DNA of 56,769 bases, from positions 1-56,769 of the forward strand of contig JBMNNS010000002.1 of assembly GCA_050942625.1 (NCBI GenBank), given 5' to 3'. Below, piece after piece: positions 27,081 through 35,588 of this stretch. This DNA comes from Dethiobacteria bacterium (GTDB lineage: Bacteria > Bacillota > Dethiobacteria > DTU022 > UBA8154). The position numbers and the translations under genes are program-made. Numbering within the stretch: position 1 is the stretch's first letter; the number at the start of each line of letters is the position of its first letter. The notes beneath the pieces were generated by a model, which saw only the letters and a list, made by a program, of their open reading frames with translations, searched no databases and was not told where the DNA came from.

Positions 27081-27252
27081 GGTTCCACCGCCCTGTCAAT
27101 TTTTTTAGAAACCAACTACCCTTGATTATACAATAGTTTATTTGCATTTAAAAGCAAGCCGTTTAACCCAAACCCCGAGCCAGGTCTTTATCATGATGTA
27201 GGGGATGGAACCGGGAAGACCCGTGGTCGCCCGCCGGTAATTTTTAATGGCA

Positions 27253-28431
27253 TTATAGAGAGGCAGACTTTAACCAGGGTTTTTCAAAAAGTAGCCTTAA
27301 CTGCTCATAGGCAATAAGAATATTTTGCTGCTGGAATTCCAATTGCGCAAGAGCAAGCCCTGCCTGCTGCCGATCAATGGCCAAGGCCATACCTAAATTA
27401 TAATATACAGTGACCTTGTTTAGGGCATTTTGTGCTTTTACTAGATTTGTTTCCAAAAGGGCATACTGGTTTTCCAACTGTTGAAGTTGATTATATAACG
27501 AATGGATTGTCGTCTCCAGGTTTTCCTTCAGCGCGGCCAGGTCATTCTTTTCCTTTATTACATCGATCTCCCTTACCTTATAGGGAGGGGCCCCCACATT
27601 ATATGTATACAGATCCAGCCCATACTCCGCCAGCTTTATTTTTTGTTCCTGCAACCACAATACGGGATTTTCATTAAGTAACCGGGTTATATGATGTTCA
27701 AGGTCAATATCCCCCTGCCAGTCAGGAACAAATTCACCCTGAAGGATTGCCCTTTCGTCCTGCCCCAGACCAAGAAGCATATTAAAGTCAAGGTAAGCTT
27801 TTTCCAACTGCTTTTCCAGGGCTTTCCTTTTCTGTTGTTCTTCATTATACTCATCCCTGACAGTCTGAAGGTTGAAGGGGCTTTCCATACCGCATTTCAC
27901 TTTTATTTCTGCCTGCTGCATTTTTTTTGCTGCTAGTTCCAGTGCAAGATCAGCTATTTTTAGCTCGCCTGTTTTTTTTAAAACCTCATCATAGGCGTTT
28001 CTCACCTGGAAAGCCAGGGCATCTTCCATTATTTCTACCTGTTTACGTGCCATCTGCCAGGAAATATCCGCCTGGACAAAATTTAAAAGCAATTCACGGT
28101 CGAGGGCATCCTCATAGCTATAACCTGGCCCAACTGGTGTAAAACCCATATTACGCATCCCAGCCAGATGGCTGCGCATTTCTTCTGCCTGGATAACATT
28201 CTGTCTGGCATTTTGCAGTTCTAAGCTTTTTTTTAGGGCCAGCTCTACTGCATCCTCATAGGTAAGATAAGGGGGTTTTCCTTTATCCTGTATATCATCA
28301 GCCATTACCTCTACTTGCTTTTCCTTGTTATTGTTAAGCATAGCTGCTTCAGGGGAAGCTGTAACGGTAGGGGTTGCTATGGCAAGCGTTAAAAAGACAA
28401 TGGCAAAAATACCGAATATATATTTTCTCAT
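27253..28431 (-). CDS. TolC-like (outer membrane efflux protein family) secreted coiled-coil protein
   Basis: Signal peptide. LTYEDAVELALKKSLELQNARQNVIQAE and a repeated helical layout (VRNAYDEVL..., NLVKAQNALNKVTVYYNLG) are typical of the OEP family. 392 aa, slightly short for the family. Confidence 0.6.
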   Translation of the reverse strand: MRKYIFGIFAIVFLTLAIATPTVTASPEAAMLNNNKEKQVEVMADDIQDKGKPPYLTYEDAVELALKKSLELQNARQNVIQAEEMRSHLAGMRNMGFTPVGPGYSYEDALDRELLLNFVQADISWQMARKQVEIMEDALAFQVRNAYDEVLKKTGELKIADLALELAAKKMQQAEIKVKCGMESPFNLQTVRDEYNEEQQKRKALEKQLEKAYLDFNMLLGLGQDERAILQGEFVPDWQGDIDLEHHITRLLNENPVLWLQEQKIKLAEYGLDLYTYNVGAPPYKVREIDVIKEKNDLAALKENLETTIHSLYNQLQQLENQYALLETNLVKAQNALNKVTVYYNLGMALAIDRQQAGLALAQLEFQQQNILIAYEQLRLLFEKPWLKSASL

Positions 28432-28447
28432 TAATCCTTCTCCTTAT

Positions 28448-29212
28448 TTAAGAGTCAAGCTTAATGGCAAATTCAACTGTTGTTGTCTCCTGTTTTAGAT
28501 CATTATAAAGAAGGGTTAGTTCCAGAAACATTTCCTTACTGTTTTCAGGAATAAGCGGCAGCATTACATAACCTTCCTCGGTCGTTTCATGGAGAATATC
28601 ATTATACCATCGCTGATCAAAGGTATAATGCATTATATCGCTAGTTTTGTACTCTTTCCCATCCACAATAGCTTTTGTTTTTGTCTGAAGAAGTTGCAGG
28701 GGCACTGGTTTTTTGTTTTCAAGCTTGAGATAAATACGGGTATAATAATCACCCCTTATTAAACCTGTTACTGCAATATTAAAGTCCGCCAGGGTTCTGG
28801 ATATAGGAAGGCTTTGATAATTACCGGCAGGCTGCCCCTCTGTCTGGGTTTCAGTTTCCCCTATTTTCAATTTTAATTCTTTTATTTCTTTTTCCAGTGC
28901 CTGTATTTCTTTTTGTAAAGCCAGGCACTCGGCATCAGGTTTTGTATCATAGCTTACAATTTTCGACAATTGATCCCAGCTTACCTCTGCTCCTAATCGT
29001 TCAGCAATAAAACGGATAGGGACATAGATGCGATCTTTATAAAATAAAGCAGTATAGCCTGGAGGTAAAGTTTCTGTTTGGCCATTAAATTTAAAAACAA
29101 TATCCCCGTCCTTCAGTACTGATACCCAGCCTGCCAACGCACCTACAGGCAAAGCACAAAGCACCCCAACGATGATCCCAATTACAACCATTTTGTATTT
29201 TTTCAAATACAT
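28448..29212 (-). CDS. Membrane-anchored protein: copper-amine-oxidase-N-like segment + short coiled coil + beta-rich C-terminal domain
   Basis: N-terminal TM helix, DRIYVPIRFIAERLGAEVSWD, LQKEIQALEKEIKELKLKI. Ends 16 nt upstream of the TolC-like gene, so probably the same operon. Confidence 0.6.
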   Translation of the reverse strand: MYLKKYKMVVIGIIVGVLCALPVGALAGWVSVLKDGDIVFKFNGQTETLPPGYTALFYKDRIYVPIRFIAERLGAEVSWDQLSKIVSYDTKPDAECLALQKEIQALEKEIKELKLKIGETETQTEGQPAGNYQSLPISRTLADFNIAVTGLIRGDYYTRIYLKLENKKPVPLQLLQTKTKAIVDGKEYKTSDIMHYTFDQRWYNDILHETTEEGYVMLPLIPENSKEMFLELTLLYNDLKQETTTVEFAIKLDS

Positions 29213-29232
29213 ATTCCTTTCTCTCCTGGTTT

Positions 29233-29268
29233 ATGTAAAAAGGACCCCTATAGGAGTCCTTTTTACAT
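29233..29268 (-). terminator. Intrinsic (bidirectional-type) terminator after the 719-aa surface protein gene
   Basis: 13-bp perfect stem ATGTAAAAAGGAC/GTCCTTTTTACAT. The GC core GGAC...GTCC is followed by TTTTTACAT on the minus strand. Confidence 0.6.
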
Positions 29269-29286
29269 TTATTTTACATACCCAAG

Positions 29287-31446
29287 TTACTGACTTACGG
29301 TTACCTGTCTTGTATCGGGATCCCAATCGATAGTTGCACCAAGTGCCTGACCTAGCCAGCGAATAGGTAGCATGGTACGGCCCTCAGTGATTTCAGGAGC
29401 AACATCCATGCTAATGCTTACACCATTAACCAGCATAATCTGGCTGCCAATGGTTACCTGTGCAATACGGCCATCTTTGAAGACTGTTACTGCCCTGGTA
29501 ACAGGATCCCAGATAATGTTTTCTTCATTAACGCCAAGAGCATAAGCTACAAAACGCAACGGTAAGAAGGTACGATCGCCCTTAATATAAGGGGCTACAT
29601 CCATGGTCTTTTCTACTGTTTTATTGTCCTCAACCACTGTGTAGGTAGTGCTACCAATTGTAAAGACCGAGGTTGAACGAACCTCACCTGGAGCAGGCGT
29701 AATAACGTTGGCAAAGACAAACTCTACAACATAGTCTGTGTCGAAATAAACCGGTGTTTTGATAGTTGCTCTTGGCTCATCATTTTTCACAAGAACATCT
29801 CCACCGATGGCAGCCTTAAATTCACCTTCTGGCACGGTCCGATCCAGGGTCAGTTTGACATCCGATATTTTGAGCGTTGATGTTCTGGTACTGCTGGAGT
29901 CAACCGGAATAATGAGTTCACGTTTATCATCGCTCAGCCTTACCTTACCGATTTCCAGGTTACCTTCCGTTACATCCACATCTGGGGTAGAAGCAAATTC
30001 AATACCCTTGGGTAAGGTTACGGTTAAATCCCTGGATAGCCCTCCGCTATAATGTTCAAACTGGTCATCAATTCTTGCTTTTGCAGTTTCAGTGATAATG
30101 ATGTCCGGTGCCGGTTGGTCCTGCACACCAATTTTCAGGTCGGTGGCTGCTACTTCTGCGGTAATGGGTGGTACAGCCTCAGCGATGACGACCTCTTGTC
30201 TTTCCATGCTGGCGCCACTAAATTCTGCAACAATATCCCCACTTTTGTCTGCTTCAATACTTAAAAGCAGTTCGAATTCATACTTGATTTTTCCTGAATC
30301 TTTTTCTTCTACCTTGATAAAAAGTTCGTTTTGCCTGCTGCCAACTTCACCTTTTTCGGCATCACCTGTAATTGTAACTTCGCCGTCTTCATTGGGAACA
30401 ATCTTTACCCATTCCGGTAAAATAACGGCGATTTCTCTGCCGGCAATCAGCGACTTTTCAAGGGTTTCTTCAATCGTAATCTTGGCGGTTTTTTGATCCC
30501 ACATACCAGCAACCAGTTCTTTTACCTCTTTGACAGAAGCCTCTACACCATAATCCATGCGCTTGGCTACCAACAGTTCGGTTGCTGTTACCTTATCACC
30601 GTCAATATCCAGTACAACGTCCCCATAGGAGGCATCCCTGTCGGCAGCAATTTTAAGCCCACTAATAAAGATCGAACCACGGGCACCGCCAACCTTGCCA
30701 GTAGGATCAAATTTGAATGTTAATGTTCTTTTGTTTTCTCCTTCAATATCAAGGTCATAGGCACCATAGGCTCCTGCCAAACCCCCTTTGGGCTCAATAA
30801 CCACTCCGTCTGTTCCATCCCAGGAATACTTTGGAGGTAGCTTCAATTTAATAGTCTGCTCTTTATTACCCAGCGCACCGATCCTGGTTTCATCAATACG
30901 AAGGGTTGCCAGACTTCCATACCTGCCGCCAAACTTATTTACCTTTTCAATTGAGCTAATGGTTTTACCTTCAGCAGATACGGCAAAAACATAGGTTCCC
31001 CCTGTAACTGCACTATCGCGGGGGTCAACGGTTACTTTTGCTTCGCCCTCTTCTGTGATTTCTGTTAGCATGGGCACCCTGATTTCTACATTATCTGAAC
31101 CGGATATGTTGTTAACAGTTATACCGAGAATTTTTTTCGAAATATAATCTACCTCAACTGTAGCGTTTGCTACATCAACTGCCCCTTCTGCTGTTATTTT
31201 ATCTTTGAGCCAGCTAGCATTGGTTAAAGCTAATTCAAAATAATCGCCATTAGAAAAATCACCAATGTTTTTTTCCCTGATCCTTAGGAAAGGTGCAGTG
31301 TCCTTATCCTCAAACTTATCATCCTTGGATACCTGCGGCACCTTGTTTACACTATTCTCCGATGCTGCAAATGCCGGAATGGCAAGTGACAAAACAAAAA
31401 ACGCAAGGCAGAGAACAGTAAGTACTTTTTTTGTTGACCTTTTCAT
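29287..31446 (-). CDS. Secreted surface (S-layer-like) protein: four internal repeat modules + two C-terminal copper-amine-oxidase-N-like domains
   Basis: Signal peptide ...AIPAFAAS. Repeated LRI(R/D)E...LP..W-type modules. C-terminal GDRTFLPLRFVAYALG...WDPVTRAVTV and EGRTMLPIRWLGQALGATIDWDPDTRQVTV. Strong SD AGGAGGAGG, own terminator, and a 336-bp upstream non-coding region. Confidence 0.7.
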   Translation of the reverse strand: MKRSTKKVLTVLCLAFFVLSLAIPAFAASENSVNKVPQVSKDDKFEDKDTAPFLRIREKNIGDFSNGDYFELALTNASWLKDKITAEGAVDVANATVEVDYISKKILGITVNNISGSDNVEIRVPMLTEITEEGEAKVTVDPRDSAVTGGTYVFAVSAEGKTISSIEKVNKFGGRYGSLATLRIDETRIGALGNKEQTIKLKLPPKYSWDGTDGVVIEPKGGLAGAYGAYDLDIEGENKRTLTFKFDPTGKVGGARGSIFISGLKIAADRDASYGDVVLDIDGDKVTATELLVAKRMDYGVEASVKEVKELVAGMWDQKTAKITIEETLEKSLIAGREIAVILPEWVKIVPNEDGEVTITGDAEKGEVGSRQNELFIKVEEKDSGKIKYEFELLLSIEADKSGDIVAEFSGASMERQEVVIAEAVPPITAEVAATDLKIGVQDQPAPDIIITETAKARIDDQFEHYSGGLSRDLTVTLPKGIEFASTPDVDVTEGNLEIGKVRLSDDKRELIIPVDSSSTRTSTLKISDVKLTLDRTVPEGEFKAAIGGDVLVKNDEPRATIKTPVYFDTDYVVEFVFANVITPAPGEVRSTSVFTIGSTTYTVVEDNKTVEKTMDVAPYIKGDRTFLPLRFVAYALGVNEENIIWDPVTRAVTVFKDGRIAQVTIGSQIMLVNGVSISMDVAPEITEGRTMLPIRWLGQALGATIDWDPDTRQVTVSQ

Positions 31447-31782
31447 TACTTTTCTTCCTCCTCCTGAATTTAGGTTCTTTGGAACAACAATTCACTGAGC
31501 TAAAGCTTTGTCCATGCTTCTCCCAGGCATCCCTCCTTTTATGTTCTACGTTAATTTTGTTTCCTGGTTTGCCGGCAGAACCTTGCCTGTTTAACCAGGT
31601 CCTGCTGTTTAGGAAATTCCGCATTAAACGGAAATACCTGCCAATTACATCTTCTACGTTGGATCACTTTTCCCTTTTTCTACTGCAAAAAGTGCTTGGT
31701 AAGAGCAAATAAGGATCTTTTGAAAATAAATGTGTTTCTTACCAACCCTTCACTACCCTATAACGCATCTTTTTGTGAAAGG

Positions 31783-33402
31783 TTACTCATTCCCATATTT
31801 TTTTTTAAAAATAGTAGGATTTTGTTTCATGAAGCTTTTTGCGAAAGTTAAAACCTGATTAACCTCAGGCAAGCGTAGAAGAAAAGCAAAGAGGAAATAG
31901 GCAACTGCCCCCAGGAAGGTCGTTGTCACCAGAATAAATATGCCGCCGGGTAGACTTGCAAACATGCTAACCAGGGCTGATAAATAAAAATGGAGGAGGA
32001 TTGCCATTAACGTAGTTATCATAAAGGAACGACAAAGGGGTATAAAAATGAGGTTTTTAATAGATAAGTCCAGGCGGCGTGAAAGGAGAATTAAAAGCCA
32101 TAGGGAACCCAGTATAAATGAAAGAGATGTGCCCAGAGCAATACCACCATGCCCTAAAACAGGCATGAGTAGCAGGTTAAAAAGGGCGTTGGAGCCTACC
32201 ATGGCTGTATTTACCCAGACAAGGACTTTTACCTCCTGCAGGGCAAAAAAAATGCGGTTGCAGAAACAATGAAGGGCAAAACCAACCAGCCCTGGGGTAT
32301 AAAATAGAAGTGCTGTGGCAGTCAGATTAGTAGCTGAAGCATCAAAAGCGCCACGCTGGAACAGGAGTTCCACCAGGGGCCGGCGGAGCAAAATTAAACC
32401 GGCTGCCATGGGGAGCAGCAGGAAAAAAAAGAAGGAAATGCCCTGCCTGATATGCTGTTTAAAAAAGTCTAGCTCGCTTTTGGCATGCAATTCAACCAGT
32501 TGTGGGTAGAGGATAATGATTATGGCGGATACGAAAATAGCCTGTGGGAGCATGTAGATACGTTCTGCGTAATTAAGGGCGGCAATGCTTCCCGGCGCAA
32601 GAAAGGAGGCAAAAAGACGGTCGACTAAGTGTTTAAGTTCTATGACAGCGCTGGAAAGGATAATGGCCGGCAGCAGTGAATAGATCTTTTTTAAACCCGG
32701 GTGCTGTGTAGAGAAACCACGCCGAAAATTAAAAGGAACCCGGCACAAGGATGGGAGCTGGATAACCAGTTGAGAAACAATTGCCAGGAGGCTGCCCCAG
32801 GCCAGGCCAGTTACTCCATAGTGCAGGCCCAGATAAAGGGCACTAAGGATAATAATGAGGTTATGGGGAACATTGACCAGAGCAGGAATCAAAAAGCGCT
32901 GGTAGCTGTTTAGAAAGCCGGAAGCGAGGCCAGCCAGGCCCACAAAAAAGATGCCCGGGAGCATAATACGCATCAATCTCACCGTAAGGGTAAAAATCTC
33001 TCCCTTAAAGCCGGGGGCTAGCAGAAAAACTAACTGGGGGGCAAAAATGATGCCCAAAACAACCAAAACTAAGAGAGCGATTGCCACAAAGAAAGTTAGT
33101 GAATTTAGAAAAAAGGGAGCATCCTCGTCCCCCTTATAAGGCGCAAAAACAGTAATAAAAGTGCTCTTGAGTGCATCGCTGAAAGAATAAAATAAAATGG
33201 TGGGTAACAGCACTGCCACGAGGTAAGCATCTGCTTCCATTGTCGTTCCGAAACGGTAAGCAATGGCCATCTCCCGGAAAAACCCCAGGACACGGCTTAA
33301 AATAGTAGCCAGCATAATCATGCTGACGGACCTAATAAAGAAAAGGCTGTTTTGTTCTTTGTGCAAATGAGCGTCCTCCTTGTAGTGGGATCCGTTTATC
33401 AT
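31783..33402 (-). CDS. murJ: Lipid II flippase MurJ (MviN family)
   Basis: 539 aa, about 14 TM helices. N-terminal ILSRVLGFFREMAIAYRFG is typical of MurJ. Confidence 0.85.
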   Translation of the reverse strand: MINGSHYKEDAHLHKEQNSLFFIRSVSMIMLATILSRVLGFFREMAIAYRFGTTMEADAYLVAVLLPTILFYSFSDALKSTFITVFAPYKGDEDAPFFLNSLTFFVAIALLVLVVLGIIFAPQLVFLLAPGFKGEIFTLTVRLMRIMLPGIFFVGLAGLASGFLNSYQRFLIPALVNVPHNLIIILSALYLGLHYGVTGLAWGSLLAIVSQLVIQLPSLCRVPFNFRRGFSTQHPGLKKIYSLLPAIILSSAVIELKHLVDRLFASFLAPGSIAALNYAERIYMLPQAIFVSAIIIILYPQLVELHAKSELDFFKQHIRQGISFFFFLLLPMAAGLILLRRPLVELLFQRGAFDASATNLTATALLFYTPGLVGFALHCFCNRIFFALQEVKVLVWVNTAMVGSNALFNLLLMPVLGHGGIALGTSLSFILGSLWLLILLSRRLDLSIKNLIFIPLCRSFMITTLMAILLHFYLSALVSMFASLPGGIFILVTTTFLGAVAYFLFAFLLRLPEVNQVLTFAKSFMKQNPTIFKKKYGNE

Positions 33403-33523
33403 TGGTTTTATCGTTCATTCAGAATGACAGGGTTTGGACAGTATACCCCCCCAGGGGGTACTTTTCAACGGGTTGTCGCCAATAGACTAGTTACACAAGG
33501 TTAATGAAAATCCTGCCTTGAGA

Positions 33524-33532
33524 TGTTATAAT
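33524..33532 (+). promoter_or_regulatory. Candidate extended -10 promoter (TGTTATAAT) for the GNAT/PIG-L genes
   Basis: TGnTATAAT match. It lies downstream of the track ORF start (33518), which argues for the later TTG start at 33590. Confidence 0.4.
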
Positions 33533-33589
33533 AAAAAAGACAGTATTCATTTTAGAAATAATAATGCTTTGCAGCAGGGGGTATACTAT

Positions 33590-34621
33590 TTGCTTAAGGT
33601 AAAAGGGTATCAACAGGGAGATGAAAATAACATTTTAGCCCTGTTCAACAAAATCTTTGGGGAAAAACGGAGTAATGATTATTGGCTATGGGAAAATATG
33701 GAGAACCCCCGGGGTGAAAGCATTATTGCCCTTCTAAAGGATAGTGATGACAAAATCAGGGGGCATCTCTGCCTCCATGTTTCCCTTTTCAAAGTAGGCG
33801 AACAGTACCTTGCTGCCGGGCAACGCATTAATTCCATGCTGGACAGAGAATTCCGGCAAAAGGGTAATTTTGCAAGGATGTATGATTATATCTATCAAAA
33901 CAGCAGGGAAAGAGGTATATCTTTCATGTTCGGCTTCCCCAATAAGCAAGCCCTGGGGGCCCTGAACAAAATAACCGATATCAAGGATCTGGGGGAAATC
34001 CCCCGCTATGTCAAATTCTATGATGGGTCCAAAGCAGCAAAGCACTTTTTCAGCAATCGTTTTATAGTTCTAATTACCGGTTTTGCGCTGCAGGGACTGG
34101 AAAAGCTTGGAAGAAAAAAAGTGGTAAAAGATAGCAGGGTATTTGAAGTAAAGGCTTTCGATTCCCGCTTTGACAGGTTGTGGTTTGAAGCCAGCAAATC
34201 CCTGGATATTGCAACTGTCCGGGACAGCGTTTATTTAAACTGGCGCTATACTAATTCACCAAGGAACTATAAAATTTGGGCCTGTGAGGAAAAGGATGGT
34301 CACATTTCCGGCTATCTTGTCCTGTTTTGCGAAGATGACATGGGCCATATTATTGACCTATTGGCCCTTGACTATAAAAACGTCATTCCAGCACTGCTCG
34401 GGCGCGCCGATGAATATTGCAGTAATAGATGCCATACACTTTCCTGCTGGTGCCTGGATCAAGGCCAGGTCTCAACCGTACTCAAAAACCATGGTTTTCT
34501 GCGCATCAAAAGTCACAATAAAATAGTTTTTAATAGCGTGGATTGTACTACAGAACAGGAAAATCTTCTAAAGAATAGCGGAAATTGGTATATAACAATG
34601 GGTGATTCGGATTATAAATAA
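33590..34621 (+). CDS. GNAT-family acyl/acetyltransferase (large ~340-aa type)
   Basis: GNAT-like N-terminal fold (ILALFNKIF..., FRQKGNFARM in the Q/RxxGxG/A position). TTG start after AGGGGG. Confidence 0.55.
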   Translation: MLKVKGYQQGDENNILALFNKIFGEKRSNDYWLWENMENPRGESIIALLKDSDDKIRGHLCLHVSLFKVGEQYLAAGQRINSMLDREFRQKGNFARMYDYIYQNSRERGISFMFGFPNKQALGALNKITDIKDLGEIPRYVKFYDGSKAAKHFFSNRFIVLITGFALQGLEKLGRKKVVKDSRVFEVKAFDSRFDRLWFEASKSLDIATVRDSVYLNWRYTNSPRNYKIWACEEKDGHISGYLVLFCEDDMGHIIDLLALDYKNVIPALLGRADEYCSNRCHTLSCWCLDQGQVSTVLKNHGFLRIKSHNKIVFNSVDCTTEQENLLKNSGNWYITMGDSDYK

Positions 34622-34649
34622 GCAAATAATAAATTGAAAGGCCGAAAAA

Positions 34650-35588
34650 ATGAAGGAATTAGTTAAAAAAATAACCCTCAGGCCGGTTAATTTTTTAAAC
34701 TATCTCTTTTTTAATACCTATTTTTGGTATATGCGGAAGTGGTATCGCTTGTTGCCAATGGAGAAGTTGCAAGGTCAAAAGATTCTTGTTGTTGTACCTC
34801 ATGTTGATGATGAGATAATTGGCCTGGGCGGGCTTTTTTTTGAACTGGTAAAAAAAAATAATAGCATTAAGTGCCTTTACGTGACAAATGGAGCCGGCAG
34901 CTTTCATCCACAACTAACGAGGGAAAAACTGATAGAGTTAAGGGAAAAAGAAGGCCGCCAGGTAGCACGATATTATGGACTTGAACCGCCCCTTTTCTTA
35001 GAATTGGAAGATGGTGCAGTGGAACTAACTGCTACTGCAGTTGAAAAAGTAAAGGCAGAGTTGTGCTTTTTCAGGCCTCAAGTTGTTTTTCTTCCCTATT
35101 TCCTGGATGGGCACCGGGATCATATGGCAACAGCATTATTAGGTCTGGCAGCACTAGAAAAAGGAAACTTTGGTGAAGACTTTCCCCTTTACTTTTACCA
35201 AACCAGTTCACCTTTTACCTGCTTTGCGGCCAACAGGTATTTTCCACTTAAAGAGGAGTTCGAAGGCAAAAAAAAGGCCCTGGAAATATTTAAATCTCAA
35301 ACAATCCCTTTCTGTGGACTACTAATGCTGGATAACTGCCGTAGAAAGGCAATAATTGGGGGAAACCTCACAGAGGGGAAAATAAGGGGGGCAGAATTCT
35401 TCTTGAGGGGCAACCTGGCAGCTTGTAAGGAATTTCTAAAAAATTATAACATTAACATTAACGCAGCCCAACAAGTGCGACCAATGAGCAGCCCCTTTTT
35501 TTTAATTCGGGATTATTTCAGCGGTTGGAAGCTCAAAAAAAAGATAGGCAGGATGCTGCCCGAAAAACCGGACCATATTCAAAATTAA
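34650..35588 (+). CDS. PIG-L/LmbE-family N-deacetylase
   Basis: VVVPHVDDEIIGLGG and HRDH motifs. Confidence 0.8.
   Translation: MKELVKKITLRPVNFLNYLFFNTYFWYMRKWYRLLPMEKLQGQKILVVVPHVDDEIIGLGGLFFELVKKNNSIKCLYVTNGAGSFHPQLTREKLIELREKEGRQVARYYGLEPPLFLELEDGAVELTATAVEKVKAELCFFRPQVVFLPYFLDGHRDHMATALLGLAALEKGNFGEDFPLYFYQTSSPFTCFAANRYFPLKEEFEGKKKALEIFKSQTIPFCGLLMLDNCRRKAIIGGNLTEGKIRGAEFFLRGNLAACKEFLKNYNININAAQQVRPMSSPFFLIRDYFSGWKLKKKIGRMLPEKPDHIQN

Noticed and set aside
27081-27252. PyrR-binding attenuator upstream of pyrE
   Set aside because: No match to the PyrR loop consensus (RRUCCAGAGAGGYU), and no terminator/antiterminator pair is evident.
31447-31782. Track ORFs 31352-31624 (-) and 31431-31712 (+) in the region upstream of the surface-protein gene
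   Set aside because: They have no SD, overlap each other and the signal-peptide coding region, and have low-complexity translations. The region is better explained as a long structured 5' UTR and promoter plus the murJ 3' region.
33444-33466. GC hairpin TACCCCC-CCA-GGGGGTA followed by CTTTTC in the murJ/GNAT divergent region
   Set aside because: It is terminator-like only on the plus strand, where no upstream gene exists. It is most simply part of the murJ 5' leader, and no recognisable regulatory motif is present.
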